A stretch of 64,000 bases of DNA from an uncultured Acidobacteriota bacterium (GCA_963804995.1 CAWDSK010000006.1:128001-192000), one strand, 5' to 3'. Positions 11,243-23,420 are shown, counted from the first letter of the stretch. Made by a program: numbers and translations. The notes: generated by a model not told the origin, from the sequence alone.

Positions 11243-11332
11243 TGGCGGAGGGAGAGGGATTCGAACCCCCGAGCCCCTTTCGGGGCTAACGGTTTTCAAG
11301 ACCGCCGGTTTCAACCGCTCACCCATCCCTCC
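11243..11332 (-). tRNA. tRNA-Ser (anticodon TGA)
   Basis: GGAGGGATGGGTGAGCGGTTGAAACCGGCGGTC-TTGAAA-ACCGT, long variable arm GCCCCGAAAGGGGC, GGTTCGAATCC, 3' CCA. Confidence 0.97.
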
Positions 11333-11643
11333 GCATGGATGCTGCTTTGTTTAAGCGCCTCGGCGAGGAGACAGCATCTACGAGACTACCATAATTTCCC
11401 TACCCCGGCACGCGACGCGGCGCCCGGGTACTGGTGCAGTTTGACGTAGCGGCGCCCGGCTGGTGATGTCATTTGGAAAGTGATCCTTTACCCTCTTCCC
11501 TGGGGAGAGGGCGGACAGGAGCCGGCATCTTCGTCAACCAAGGCAGGTCCGGTTTCGGGTTCGATTAGATCGGACCCTCGGACTCCATCAATCGGAGACG
11601 GGTGAGGGATCTCTTCGCGGCTAATGTTGCCTGACGCTATCCA

Positions 11644-12874
11644 CTAGATCCTCAAGAACAACTTCCTTCGATACATCCAGAAGAGCACCGCCCAGTAACA
11701 CAACAGTACAGCCACGCCTTCCATGAAGGGTTGGAGGCCGGCACCGAGGAAGGCAAAGAATTGCGACCCCAGGTGGATGCGGAACGTGCTAAGGAGGAAT
11801 TCCTCCATAAAATGCGCAATACAGTAGGCGGCGATGGAGTTCATGCCGATGACCACCAGGGGGAAGGCCCATGTTTTGCGCTGCCTGACCTCAATCACCC
11901 AGCAGAACGCCGCCAGCAATAAGAAACACATTCCGCCGCTGAACAATGTCCAACTGGGCGTCCAGATGCGCTTCACGACCGGGCAGATGTGGGTGAAGTG
12001 AAAGAATAGGCCGGCCGCGATTCCCACGGCTCCGGCGACGAGTAACTGCCGCAGGGGAATCTTGGGAGCGGCAGCTCGCAACCAGCGCCCCGCCACAAGA
12101 CCCAGGATCATGGTGCCCAGCGTAGGAATGAAACTGAGCGTCAGGTATCCACCATCGTTATAAACGAAGGGCGTTTCGCGTGGGAAGAGATTCAGGAACC
12201 ACTGGTCGAACGCAGTCCCCAAATTGTAGTTCTTGTTCCAGTGCGCGGCAAAGCCGGTGTAATTGTGCTGAGCGTTCCAGGCAGCGGATACTCCCACGGA
12301 TTGCCAATCAAAGCTGGGGGCCGGCAACCGGATAGAGCGCCCAGGCCAGCCAGTACCCCGTGAGGATCGCACCCAGCGTAGCCCACGCCCAGCGCGGCGG
12401 GCGGAAACCGAGTAGGAAGAGAAAGGGATAGCCGAACCCGATCTGCGTGAGCGTGTCTTCCATGGTGAAGTAAGTTTGTGTGCGGTCCATCGAGCGCAGG
12501 AAGACGCCCAGGGCCGCCAGCAGGAAAGCTCGCCACAAGGCATGGGCAAACAGTTTCCAAAAGGTTCCACCCTTCGCCACACGGCTCGCAATGGAGTAAG
12601 GAAGTGCCACACCTACCAGGAATGAAAATGAGGGCTGAATGAGATCATGCAGCGAACACCCAGCCCATTCAACATGGGTCTGGTGGTAGGCCAGAATCTG
12701 CCAGAACCAGCTCGTCGGAAAAGCCTGGGCTACACGGGAAAGGCGCAGGACTTCCGCCATCATGAGGAACATCACGAAGCCGCGATAGGCGTCAACGGCA
12801 ACGTTTCGGGCAACCGGCGAGCGGCTAGGCGGGGATGCCGCCAGCAGTGGGGCGGATTCGACAACGGTGCTCAT
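11644..12874 (-). CDS. DUF5009 / heparan-alpha-glucosaminide N-acetyltransferase-like membrane protein, frameshift at G-run ~12316-12320
   Basis: [50 protein letters not shown] motifs split over two frames. Confidence 0.85.
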
Positions 12875-12928
12875 GTGCCACCTCCCTTTCGTCGAACAAT
12901 ATCACAGCGCCTGTCGCGAGCAAAGCAC

Positions 12929-14041
12929 TCAAAGGGGATTCGTGCACCCCGAGTATCGAGCTTTCTTCCAGGCGCTCAGTAAGTCAGGTCCGCCGTTGCC
13001 CGCGAGATCATAACCCGCCAGGGTCAGCAAGCTGAGCGCCAAGCCCTTCATGGTGAAGAATTGCTCCATCCGCTCATCACACGATTTGGCCTGCTGGTAG
13101 CGCGCCTGGTAGAGCTCAAACTGTGGGTAAAGTTCCCGCAGGGACATCAGACGTGTATCGCGAACCGGCGGATTCGACGCCAGGGCATTGACGCGAGCCG
13201 CCATCTTCTTGAGTAGTTCTTCGCGGGCGAGTGCGGCCCGGCTCGCAGCTTTTCCCAGCGCCTCCTCCTGCGCGAGTTGCCCGTCCGCTATCCTGCGAAG
13301 CGTGGAGCCGGAAAAGTTGTAACTGAAGGCCACCGACCACGAGAGCTGCAGGTTGTTGAGGAATTGCTGCAATTGGATCGGCGCGTCCAGTCGCGGTTCC
13401 ATTCCCACACTGCTGCTGAACGACCACCCGGCGAGGACCCTTGTCCAACTAGTGCTTTTCGAAAAGCGCTGGAGCAATGGCAGATTGTAAGAAGCTACGT
13501 AATTCTGCCGGAGTGACTGTTGAAATGTCCCGAACCCGATGCCGTTGGCAAACAGGCCCGTGATTTCCGTGCCGTAGTCAGTTCGAGCATTGCCGCTCAA
13601 ACGATCGAAAAGATACTTATTGATAGGGGTTTGGTTCTGCTTGCTAATTTCGCTCGTCAGCACTCTCTCCTCTTGTTGTGCGGAATCGAGATTGGAGAGC
13701 AGGGTGGTGAGGGGCCCGGCCTCAGGCTGCGTAGGATGCTGTGATTCCGTGAAGCTGGAAACAAAGTCGAACTTTGGTCCGGTGAACCACCGCGCACTCA
13801 CTGGATAGGCGTGAATCTGTGATGCCTTGGAGGTCGAGCGCACCGCGGGTGGCGTGGCCGGGTCATCCGCCAGTCGCTCAACTTGTAAACCCAAGTGGCT
13901 TTCCAGCTCCTCGAGGCTGGGGAATGCTTCCACCAGCCTCGCCACATCCGCCGGGCCGTCGGCCGCAGGGGCGGAAGGCGGTGTCCCGAACAAACCCAAG
14001 AGTACTAAGAGCGCCACCATCACTTTTGTCTTCATCAACAT
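12929..14041 (-). CDS. Hypothetical secreted protein
   Basis: 370 aa, GGAG RBS, N-terminal signal peptide; no family recognised. Confidence 0.65.
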   Translation of the reverse strand: MLMKTKVMVALLVLLGLFGTPPSAPAADGPADVARLVEAFPSLEELESHLGLQVERLADDPATPPAVRSTSKASQIHAYPVSARWFTGPKFDFVSSFTESQHPTQPEAGPLTTLLSNLDSAQQEERVLTSEISKQNQTPINKYLFDRLSGNARTDYGTEITGLFANGIGFGTFQQSLRQNYVASYNLPLLQRFSKSTSWTRVLAGWSFSSSVGMEPRLDAPIQLQQFLNNLQLSWSVAFSYNFSGSTLRRIADGQLAQEEALGKAASRAALAREELLKKMAARVNALASNPPVRDTRLMSLRELYPQFELYQARYQQAKSCDERMEQFFTMKGLALSLLTLAGYDLAGNGGPDLLSAWKKARYSGCTNPL

Positions 14042-14341
14042 ATTGCAACTCCTAATATTATTTCATTTATGGACAGGTCTGGACGCGCCTGAGGCACCAT
14101 GGGAATAAACCCGATGGAACCTGAAAATTGACTTTTGAAAGGTCGGAGACTTATTGAAGACCCCCTCGCCCGGCGCTTCGCATCACCCTCTGTCGCCGCG
14201 GCAGAGAATCCGCCGATCCTACTGGCGGGCGACGGAGGGGTGGTGATGAGGGGGGCGCTTCCCCGGATCGAGCTTGTGAACTTAATTGTGAAAGGTGGTA
14301 CCCAACTCGTCCTCTCAAGCTGCGCCCGGTTACCGTCGCGC

Positions 14342-15184
14342 TCACCCATGGAGCTTCCGAAACGCCGCCAGGCACTGCCGGACGGTTTCCATCTCGGAAA
14401 GGTCCGAGCCTTCCTGTTCGATCAAGTAGTACTCGATCCCCCCAGTCGTTTCAGCCGCGGCGCAGATCTCTTTCCAAGGCGCAACGCCCGCGCCGGTCAG
14501 CACCCGGTAGCCTCCCTCGGCAGACCAGTCCTTGACGTGAATGGAGCGGATGCGTCCGGGATTCTTCTTGATCCAGGCCACGGGGTCATTGCCGGTCGCA
14601 AGACAAGTCCCCACATCCAGTTGTAGCATGATGCTCTTGTCCAGAGTTGCGGCCAACAGTTCAATCGGCTTCTTACCGTCCACCGGCTTCCACTCGAGAT
14701 CGTGATTGTGATAGCCCGCGTGCAGTCCCTGCGCTTTCATCTTGTCATTGGCCTTGTTCAAGGTGTCGGCAATTCGTTTCCAATCATCCAGACTGCTGAC
14801 CTTGCCGGGGTCGGCCAACACGATGTACCGCGTCCCGAGCATCTTGTTCAGGTCAATCGCCTTGCTGAGGCCTTCCGGCGTGAACGATTCGAGATTATTG
14901 TGGGTGGAGTAGCAACGAATGCCGAGCTCCTTCAGTTCAGCGTGAACCTTCTGCGCATACTCGGGCGTCCAATCGTAATACGGGTCGAAGAACTCAACAC
15001 ACTGGTAACCCATCTTCGCCACGCCCCGCACGGTTCCCATCAAATCCTTCTGCAACTCGTCGCGAACCGAGTAGAGTTCAAGTCCCACAGGAATTTGTTT
15101 TGAGTTTGGCAGTGCAGCCGCCAGCGGCGCCGCCGCCATAAATCCTAAGAATGAACGACGTGAAATGGAAGTTTGTTTCCTCAT
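14342..15184 (-). CDS. Tat-exported sugar phosphate isomerase/epimerase (AP endonuclease 2 TIM barrel)
   Basis: SRRSFL signal, GLELYSVR, GYHNH, LQLD, HVKD, IEQE. Confidence 0.9.
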   Translation of the reverse strand: MRKQTSISRRSFLGFMAAAPLAAALPNSKQIPVGLELYSVRDELQKDLMGTVRGVAKMGYQCVEFFDPYYDWTPEYAQKVHAELKELGIRCYSTHNNLESFTPEGLSKAIDLNKMLGTRYIVLADPGKVSSLDDWKRIADTLNKANDKMKAQGLHAGYHNHDLEWKPVDGKKPIELLAATLDKSIMLQLDVGTCLATGNDPVAWIKKNPGRIRSIHVKDWSAEGGYRVLTGAGVAPWKEICAAAETTGGIEYYLIEQEGSDLSEMETVRQCLAAFRKLHG

Positions 15185-15467
15185 AATCGGCCTACCATAC
15201 CACAACCGGACTCGAGCGGAGCGGCCCAATTCATTGGGCAACTCGACAAAAAATCCTCTTTCGAATTGGGGCTACCTAATCAAGGGCGCAACTTACGTCG
15301 AGCCTGATGTGGGCCGATTTAATGTATGTGCTTGGGAACGCGTGCCATCTTGGGTTGCAGTACCTTAGTACCGTTGTCAGGCAGTTCAAGTAATGGTACT
15401 CAGGTATTGGTCAGTCTATTCCTTGGCCCTGAAAACGGGGGAGCCGCCAAGGCTCCCCGAGTAAGCT

Positions 15468-18077
15468 ATGGAAGACGCGACGACAATGGTGGCGGCGCGA
15501 AATTTCGTGCGCAGCCTGAATATCCTTCTCAAAACCGTGCGCCTTTACGGGGCGGACCACGAGCGGACCAACACGCTCTTCGGCGCGGCCTGGGAGGAAC
15601 TTCGCACCACGCTGGGGGGCACCGGAGATGCCGGAGTCCTGCTCGGAATCTCCGGGACGCAAATCCTGCTGGATGGTATGCCGCTGGAACGGCGGCCCAC
15701 CGATAAGAGTTTCGCGCAATTGTTCTCCGCCGCGGGGATCGCCAGTATTCACTTCTCTTCGCACGTTACCCCCGAAGACTTCCACCGATTCGTGCAGGCC
15801 TTCGCTTCGCGGTCCCACAAAGCCGGAGCTCTGATGGCGGAGTTGCGATCCGCCCTGGGGCTGGAGCACGCGACCATCCGGGTAAACGAAGTCCGCTTCG
15901 TTCCCCAGGATTCGGCGTTGGGGGAACCCAACCTGGCGGCGCAACTTGCCGTGCACGCGCTAGGGGAGGAGGCGCAGAAGTTGCAGTCGGTCCTGGAGGA
16001 CCCGCAACGGCTGCTGCAACTGATCGTGGCGGCGGAGAGCGTCCGAGCGGCGGGGGGGCGTGGACCCGGAGGAGCCCAGGACCCTACGGCGTTGACCCTT
16101 TCGTTGGCCGACGCCGCACCCGTCCAGGAAGAAGACGTCATGAAGGTGCTCTCCTGGCTGGGGCGGCTGGGTGAGGCGGCCGGGCATCCCAATTCCATTG
16201 AGCAGATCGGCAATGTCAAACAGCAACTGAATCAACTTCCCACTTCCGCGCAGGCAGCGCTGGCGCAAGGGTTGAAGAGCCTGGGGGCCGCGCCCGATCC
16301 CTCGCGGCCAGACACTCCCATGCTGGTGCAGCTAGCCGAGCGCGTGGCCATCCGCTTTGCCCTGGAGCGTTTCGAACGTGGCGAATCCAAAGTCAATGCC
16401 GTGGTGGAATTGCTGGGGCGCTTGAAGCGGGAAGTCACCTCGCTGCGAAAAATCGTGAAGGGGCAGGACGAGAAACTGGGGCGTGCGGGGGTGGATAACG
16501 AATCTTACGAAGAAATCCTCGACCGGCAGTTCTGGGCGGGCGTGCCGGACCGGCACAAAATGAAGATCCTGCTCTCTCCGGAAGCCTGGGCCATTCCGCC
16601 GCGCAACATTCGCAGTTTCGTTCAGGACCTGCTGGTTCGCCGCGAGACGGAAACGGCGCGCAACATCTTGGAGAACTATGCCGCGTGCGCGGGGTCGCCT
16701 GACGCGGCGGCGAGAAGGAAGGTGGCTATCGGCCTTACCGACCTGACCGACCTTTACTCCCAGACGCACACGCCGCTGCTGAAATCCACGCTGCGCGACC
16801 TGGGAGAGCAGTTGAACCGGGAGCCGGATGCCGAGCTGCAGACACTGCTCGGCGCCGCCTTCGTGCGCTTCAGCCATGAAGCCGCCGCCCAACGCCACTA
16901 CCCTGCGGTTGAGGAAGCCCTGACGGAGCTGGAAAAGATTGGCGAGCGCCAGCCCGGGCTCGCCAAGCTCCTCTGGCCGCGCGTTAAAGTCGGGAACCCG
17001 TTGCCGGAATTCATTGAGGAAGCGGCGCGGGCTGCGCAAATCCCGGAAGGCCTAGTGGAAGTGCTGCGGCGCACCCCGCATGTTACCACCGACCTGGCAG
17101 CCAACTGCCTGCCGCGCTGCTCGCGGCGCGATGAGTGGGACCGTCTGGTGGAATTGGTTCAAGGAATGGGTAGCCAGGGCATCAGCTACCTGCGCAAGGT
17201 GCTGGAAGAGCGCCCGGCCAGCGAGGCGGCTTTCCGTGTGGCGCTGCTTTGCCGCCTGGAGCCTTCCGCCCTCGAGAATCTCCTTCCCCAGCGCTTGCGC
17301 GAATGGGACGAGGTGGCGCACGACCAGGTGGTGAGGCAATTGGCATATAGCGGAGCTCCGGAACGCGGGAAACTGCTGGCCAGCCTCTACGATTCTCTTC
17401 ACCCCGCCGTCCGACCCGAAGCCCTGGATGAGATGGGAATGTGCGGCGACCGCGCCGTCGCCTCTACCCTCATGACCGTCGTGCAAACCCCGCCGCGCTA
17501 TTCCGCCGAAGCTTACCTGCAGATCAAAGCCATCGAAGCCCTGGGCCGTCTGCGTGAACCCCGCGCCGGGGCCCTGCTCCGGCCACTGGTCGAAGCCAAA
17601 CGCCTCTGGTGGTGGAAGTATCCGCGCGAGCTGAGGATCACCGCGGCGCAGGCGCTCCAGAAAATTGATCCGGATTGGGCCGCCCGCGTCATGCTGCGCT
17701 GTGGCCTGAGCAAGTCAGATCTCAGCCTGGCGCCCCTCGAAGCGGACGCCTCAACTCCCTGGTCGCGCTCGCGGCGCTATGAACGCCTCAACTTGTCCCG
17801 TCCCTTGAGGGGTACCGTCAGTAGCACGCAAGGCAGCTACCGCATCTCCGTCGGCCAACTCAGCCTGGGCGGCGGTGTGGCGCACAGCCAGTGCCACATT
17901 AAAGCAGGCAGTACCGCGGGCCTGAACTTCCAATCGGGATTGCATCGAATCCGCTCCGAGGTGCTGGTACGTGAGGCGCGACCTCAGGAATTGACCTTCG
18001 AGCTGGTCAAAATTGACCTGGCAGACCGCAACCAACTGCGCCGCTCCTGCGCCGGACTTCAAGCAGCCACGGCATAG
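15468..18077 (+). CDS. HEAT-repeat protein with C-terminal PilZ domain
   Basis: Helical repeats (AIEALGRLRE, RITAAQAL); C-terminal RSRRYER...QLSLGGG PilZ-like motifs. Confidence 0.75.
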   Translation: MEDATTMVAARNFVRSLNILLKTVRLYGADHERTNTLFGAAWEELRTTLGGTGDAGVLLGISGTQILLDGMPLERRPTDKSFAQLFSAAGIASIHFSSHVTPEDFHRFVQAFASRSHKAGALMAELRSALGLEHATIRVNEVRFVPQDSALGEPNLAAQLAVHALGEEAQKLQSVLEDPQRLLQLIVAAESVRAAGGRGPGGAQDPTALTLSLADAAPVQEEDVMKVLSWLGRLGEAAGHPNSIEQIGNVKQQLNQLPTSAQAALAQGLKSLGAAPDPSRPDTPMLVQLAERVAIRFALERFERGESKVNAVVELLGRLKREVTSLRKIVKGQDEKLGRAGVDNESYEEILDRQFWAGVPDRHKMKILLSPEAWAIPPRNIRSFVQDLLVRRETETARNILENYAACAGSPDAAARRKVAIGLTDLTDLYSQTHTPLLKSTLRDLGEQLNREPDAELQTLLGAAFVRFSHEAAAQRHYPAVEEALTELEKIGERQPGLAKLLWPRVKVGNPLPEFIEEAARAAQIPEGLVEVLRRTPHVTTDLAANCLPRCSRRDEWDRLVELVQGMGSQGISYLRKVLEERPASEAAFRVALLCRLEPSALENLLPQRLREWDEVAHDQVVRQLAYSGAPERGKLLASLYDSLHPAVRPEALDEMGMCGDRAVASTLMTVVQTPPRYSAEAYLQIKAIEALGRLREPRAGALLRPLVEAKRLWWWKYPRELRITAAQALQKIDPDWAARVMLRCGLSKSDLSLAPLEADASTPWSRSRRYERLNLSRPLRGTVSSTQGSYRISVGQLSLGGGVAHSQCHIKAGSTAGLNFQSGLHRIRSEVLVREARPQELTFELVKIDLADRNQLRRSCAGLQAATA

Positions 18078-18536
18078 ACGGGGCTCCGAATCGGGGGATC
18101 CGTTCATCGGGTCATCGGTTCATTGAGCCATTGAGTGATTTCGCGATTGAGCGAATGGGCGACTGGTTCATCGGGCCATTGAGCCAGCGTAGCGCGGTCC
18201 CCCGGTTTTTGATTCCGCGGTTCTTCGTATGGAAAGCCCGCAAATCTCAACCACAGGGGTTAGGGATTAGGGTTCTGGGCTCTGGCACGGCGGGGACGAT
18301 TTTCCCACGGATTGCGAAGCTGCGAAAAAAATCCCTGAACGAGCCAAAGCATCTCGCGCCGAGACGCAGAGGCCGCAAAGAAAACAAAGCAGTTATTTAT
18401 CTCAAATCTCTGCGCCTCGGCGCGAGATTGTCTATTTCTTCGCAGCTTCTTGCGCCGTGGGCTGCTCCTTTTTATCGGAGCTGGCAGCTAGAGGATTGCA
18501 GTCCTTGGCGGAGTTGCGGGAGCGGCCGGACAGTTC

Positions 18537-18929
18537 TTAGGGCTTACAGGCGCCGAAGTCCCTGGTTACATTTTGTACCTCGAAGACAAGCGTTTTGCCT
18601 TTGTCCCGGGGCTTGCCCTCCAAGGTCATTCGATCGCCCGGCTTAACGGCTGCCATGTTGCCAGACAGCGCGTAATCCCGCTTGTCTTTTTCGTTCGTTA
18701 CAATCATCCCGTTTGCTCCTGAGTTGACACAGCCCGTAATCGCTTTCTTTTTGGGCTTATGGCGAAGGACCAGAACGGTTACGACTACCACGATGACCGC
18801 AGTTACAGCTACAATTCCAATCACAATTTCGGTGGCGTCTGTCTTAAGTTGATCTGCCCGAGCGGGCGTGGCGATTGCCACACTAAGAACGGCAATCAGA
18901 ACTGCACGTAAGAGAAACTTTCGCGTCAT
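18537..18929 (-). CDS. Hypothetical membrane protein with C-terminal OB-like domain
   Basis: AGGAGG RBS, signal plus TM helix, ITGCV...YALSG...GDRMTLEG...DFGAC. Confidence 0.75.
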   Translation of the reverse strand: MTRKFLLRAVLIAVLSVAIATPARADQLKTDATEIVIGIVAVTAVIVVVVTVLVLRHKPKKKAITGCVNSGANGMIVTNEKDKRDYALSGNMAAVKPGDRMTLEGKPRDKGKTLVFEVQNVTRDFGACKP

Positions 18930-20125
18930 GCTGACCTCCTGAGCTAGAATTTTTACCTGGGTTCCCTGAGAGTGGAAAGCATACACCCAACCGCGGCTGG
19001 GACATATCATTGGTTTTTGGGGACGGGGATTTCCCAGAGGGACGGTGGGAGTTCTTCGTTTGAACATTCTGCAGATCCCCAACACGAACGGCTTCGCCAC
19101 GATACGTTTGCTCAAATGGCACAGTAAGGACCGCGGACCTCAACGGCGGAGGTCCGCGCTACGCTGGCTGTAGCACAGCCACTCCTGGCTGTGTCGCTAA
19201 GTTCGAACCTCCAGCCGCAGTCACAGGCAGGAGTGCCTGTGCTACCCGGCGCGGCTGCGCTACACTGGGCATTCCGTAGTTCGGACAATTCGGCGCACCT
19301 CTTTTACGATTTGGGCTACCGGTAGCCCATTTGTATATATCTCACTTGACAATGGATGGCTCCCTGCTAGGCTATTAACAGGAGACTTGTTTCGTGCTGA
19401 CATTGCCCCCGCCGTGGAATGCCAAACGAGGCCGCGACAATCGCGCCCCCTCGTCCCAAGGTGCGGCTTACTTGAAAATGCGCTGCCGACCGCCAGGATT
19501 CCCGCTTCCTGCCTTCGCAGGAAGGACAAGCGTGGGATCTGTGCCCAATCCTCCGGCGCGGCGGTCCGAAACACGGTTGGATATGACACAGATTGCGGTC
19601 TTCTTCTAACGATGTTGATGATAATAAAGGCAGTTAGCGGAAATACTGATGATTTACAGAAAATGTCAACGCATTGAAACTAAACCGGTTGCTTGATTGC
19701 CTGGCCCGGGTGCGCCACCGAAAAAAACTGTTTCGGATAGTCTGACGATGTGTATGAAAACAAAGGTAGGCGGCAGTGACAATTTGGCAAGTCTAGCGAT
19801 GTTGATGAAAACGCACAAGTTAACCTAATTTTCCGACGATGTTTATCAAAACAAAGGTAGTTATCAGGAAAAGCGTGGTGTTTTGGACGGAATTCTGGAC
19901 TCGGGCATGGGGGGCGAGGAGCGGCGCTCGGCGCCCAGTGCGGCCACTAAAAGAGGCGTGGCGATTGCCACACTTAGAACGGCAATTTGGACTGCTCGTA
20001 AGAGAAACTTAGGGGTCATGCTGACCTCCTGAGCTAGAATCTCCATCTGGGTTCCCTGAGCGTGGGAAGCATCCACCCAGCCGCGACTGGGGCATACCAT
20101 TGGTTTTTGGGGCGCGGGGATTTCC
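18865..20125. repeat. ~170-bp diverged direct duplication (18865-19035 and 19955-20125)
   Basis: Both copies read ggcgtggcgattgccacact...gtcatgctgacctcctgagctagaat...ggtttttgggg...gggatttccc. Confidence 0.9.
19610..19865. repeat. AT-rich array of GATGTTGATGAAAACAAAG-like motifs (array 1)
   Basis: Copies near 19610, 19746, 19797, 19837 plus weaker ones. Confidence 0.75.
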
Positions 20126-20236
20126 CGCGGGACTGTGGCAGTTGGTGCCTCCACCTCCGTCGACGGGCAGGCTGACGCCGCGACGGGTCGGGGCGCCAGT
20201 CTGCCGATTTCGCGGATTGAAAGGAAGGCTGATAAT

Positions 20237-22504
20237 ATGAAACGCAGAATATTCCTACAGAAAACCACCGCAGGATTAGGTGTCTTGGCAGGATGGCCTC
20301 GCCCGAGCGAGGGGATGGGATTCTTCGCCGGTCGTCGCAGCTCCACTTGGCCAGAACCCACCCCCGGATAACTATCGAGTCCCCGATTGGCTGTGTTATT
20401 CGCGATCGGTCTATTTTGAGGGCTATTGCCCTCCGGCGTGGCCGCTTGGAAAGGAGCTCGATGCCAAGCGCATCGTTGAGCTCGCCGGCGAAATAGGCGG
20501 AGACACGTTGAGATTTCAACCCATCACCTATCGCGCCCTCTATCCGAGCAAGTTCTTCCCCACTTACCCGGAGTTGGGCAATCGGGACCTGATCGACGAG
20601 GTGTCGCGGGAATGCCGCCGGGCGGGCATCCATCTTTATTGCTACTGCATTCTCGCCGGCGGCTGGGATAAGGCTCTCGTCAATGATCCTCGCTATTTCC
20701 CGTACATGCTCCATGGTGCGGATGGCAAGCCCAGCGGGTGAGCGGAGCACCGGTTACGGCAACGTCGAGCAGATTATGACCTGCGGGACCGGGGAACCCT
20801 ACCGGCAAATGATCCGCAAGCTTGGTCCACGAACTCTGCGAGCATGACATCGACGGTCTTTACTTCGACGCTCCCAGCGGCTATCGGAGCGTCTGCTTTT
20901 GCGATAGTTGCCGGGAAGGCTTTAAGAAGTTCAGCGGCATGGACCTCGATCGCCTGCGCAACGTGCAGGGCCTCGAACACCTTCCGGCCAACGCGGATAT
21001 GAAGGCTCTCGGCGCCTGGTACGATTGGGCCAACAAGCTGACCGAGGAGGATCTGGTCGACCTCCGCAAGATCATCCACGGGAGTGGGAAATTCATGCTT
21101 TGCCACAACGGGGCGACCTGGAGGCCCGCGTCATTTCATTTGCAGTATCGATACTCGGACGGGTTTATGGTGGAGTATAGCGAGCAGTTCTATCAGCGCC
21201 TGCTGCGGGCGATGATGGGGGCGTCGATGGCCCGGCCCACCCGGAAGCTGGCGCAGACGTATATGGGCAGCTACGACGTGGCGGCGAACGGGCAACCGCC
21301 TCACGACCGTCCCTGGGCGGCGCACTGCGTGAACCTGGAGGATGGAGACGAGATCCGCATGGAGGGCTTCGCCGACCTCGCGGGGGGGAACATGCCCCTG
21401 TACAATAGCGTCAACCGCCTTCTGTACGGAGTCGGGGAGGGCAGCACGGAGCCGGTCAAGGAAGTTTTTGCTCTGATGCGCCGCGCCGAGCCTATCTTCA
21501 AAGATAGCGTCCCGGTCCCTTACCTGACCATCGTCCCCACCGCCGAGTCGCTGGAGCTCTGGCGAACCAAGCGCCAGAGTTGGAACATGATGATGAGTGA
21601 AGGTCTGGCGCTCGCAATGCTGGATGAGCGCATCAGTTTCGATGTCAATCCGAACACGGAGCTGAGCGCGGATTGGCTGAAGACCCAGAAGGCCATCGCG
21701 CTCTGTGGGGCGTCAGCCATGAAGGACGAGGACGCTCGCCTGCTGGCCGCTTGGGTGAAAGAAGGTGGAGGACTGCTGGCCACCTACGATTCGGGTCTCT
21801 ACAACGAGAAAGGCGAGTTGCGGCGAGATGGCGGAGCGCTGCGGGATATCCTGGGCGTGGACATGAAGGGAGAAGCCCCGGAAGGCCATACCGACACCTT
21901 CTATCGGATTACCCAATCTCATCCGGCGCTAGGCGAATATCACGAGGGAAAGATCGTGATGGCTGACGCGAAGCTGGTACCCATCACACCCCGGCCGGGG
22001 GCGACGGTTCTGGCGGAAGGCATCAACCTCGACTTCCAAAAAACTCTCGGTCCCGCCATCGTCGTCAATCAATACGGGCGAGGACGGGTCGTCTACGTGG
22101 CGGGAAGTTTGGAAGCCCAATACGTCGCCACCCGTGTGATCTCACTCCAGAGGATGCTCGCGTCCATGGTTCGCTACCTGCGGGCAGATGCGCCGATGCC
22201 TTTTAGCCTGGTTGCTCCCCGAGGGGTTTACGGGATTCTCCGCAGCGCTCCGGGCGGGGACTTGGTGCTTTGGATTTGCGCCAATGTGGGCTTCAAAGAC
22301 GCTACCGTCGGCCGCATGCGCCAGGATTTTCTGCCGGTCCCGAATGTGGTCGCCAGGGTCCTGGTGCCGGAAGGACGGCAACTGAAATCAGTCGAGTTGT
22401 TGCGCACGAACCAAACCGCGGCGTTTCCCATGGAGGGCGGGTACGCCGTAATCACAATACCTGTCGTGCATATCGCCGAGGTCGTGCACCTGAGTCTTGC
22501 TTAG
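20237..22504 (+). CDS. Tat-exported glycoside-hydrolase-like protein (GHL6-like TIM barrel plus beta-galactosidase trimerisation-like domain), about three frameshifts
   Basis: MKRRIFLQ signal; YPSK..LGNRDLIDEV; IDGLYFD...CFCDSCR; GGGLLATY; frame breaks near 20312, 20738 and 20822. Confidence 0.7.
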
Positions 22505-22514
22505 CAGTGTGCAG

Positions 22515-23420
22515 CTACCTCTCCAGCGCACTGCGGTCCCAGTTGCCGAGCGTTGCAGCAGCTTCGTACGTACTTTGGCAAAACTCCAGTAAGGTGGCCG
22601 TCGGAGAGGGTGTCTTGCGCACATCGTCATACATGAGCAGGAATTCGCCGAGCTCCTCGTCGTAGAACGCGGCATCCGGATGGACCCGCTCGTCCTTAAA
22701 TCCCGGCGGCTGGGGAACCGCGTAGGAGTAGAACGCCGCACCGTGAACGTTGCCGCTGCCGGGCCAAAAGCCAACACTGCTCACTTCGTGGGAATAAGCT
22801 TCCCGAGTCATCGCGTCGGCGCCCGGTCGCTCCGGAGCCCGGCGGCCTGAGAACCGGGTGACAGCGAGGTCGAAGCTCCCCCAGAAAAAGTGGACGGGGC
22901 TGCACTTGCCGATGAATCCAGCCCTGAACTGGTTGAAAACCGTATCTGCGGATAACAGAATGCGCCAGAATTTCTCAACGGATGCGCGGTCGTACGAGGC
23001 ATGGACGCGATCCTGATCAAACGCAATCGGATTGGGAATTTCGACCGGCATTTTCCAAATCTTGACCTCAATCTCCGCCGATCGAAGCAATTCCATGAAT
23101 TCCTGGTAGAAATCGGCTGCGGAGCGCGGTTCAAGCGGAAGCGTCTTCCGTAGTCCATCACTCGCCTCCAGAACGAGCTGATGCCGTATGAAATCAAACC
23201 AGATTTCGAAAGCTCTCTCACCGTAGGCGATCCTGGAGGTCGTCAGGCCCTGAGCCGTTACATAGAATGGGACATTCCACCACTGGTTCAAAACCGGCGT
23301 CAGACGTAGCCGGACCTTGCCTACGATTTGAGTCCACATGTGAAGTGTGGCGTAAGTTTCCTTCCAGGAATCGAGGCTAAGAACGGGCCAGCATTCCTTC
23401 CGATCGGCAGCATGAGCCAT
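22515..23420 (-). CDS. DUF5996-family protein
   Basis: TLHMWTQIVGKVRL, GLTT, FIGKCSPVHFFWGSFDLAVTRFSGR, REAYSHEVSSVGFWPG. Confidence 0.85.
   Translation of the reverse strand: MAHAADRKECWPVLSLDSWKETYATLHMWTQIVGKVRLRLTPVLNQWWNVPFYVTAQGLTTSRIAYGERAFEIWFDFIRHQLVLEASDGLRKTLPLEPRSAADFYQEFMELLRSAEIEVKIWKMPVEIPNPIAFDQDRVHASYDRASVEKFWRILLSADTVFNQFRAGFIGKCSPVHFFWGSFDLAVTRFSGRRAPERPGADAMTREAYSHEVSSVGFWPGSGNVHGAAFYSYAVPQPPGFKDERVHPDAAFYDEELGEFLLMYDDVRKTPSPTATLLEFCQSTYEAAATLGNWDRSALER

Noticed and set aside
11160..11332. Genomic island integrated at tRNA-Ser
   Set aside because: No integrase and no duplicated tRNA 3' end seen in the window.
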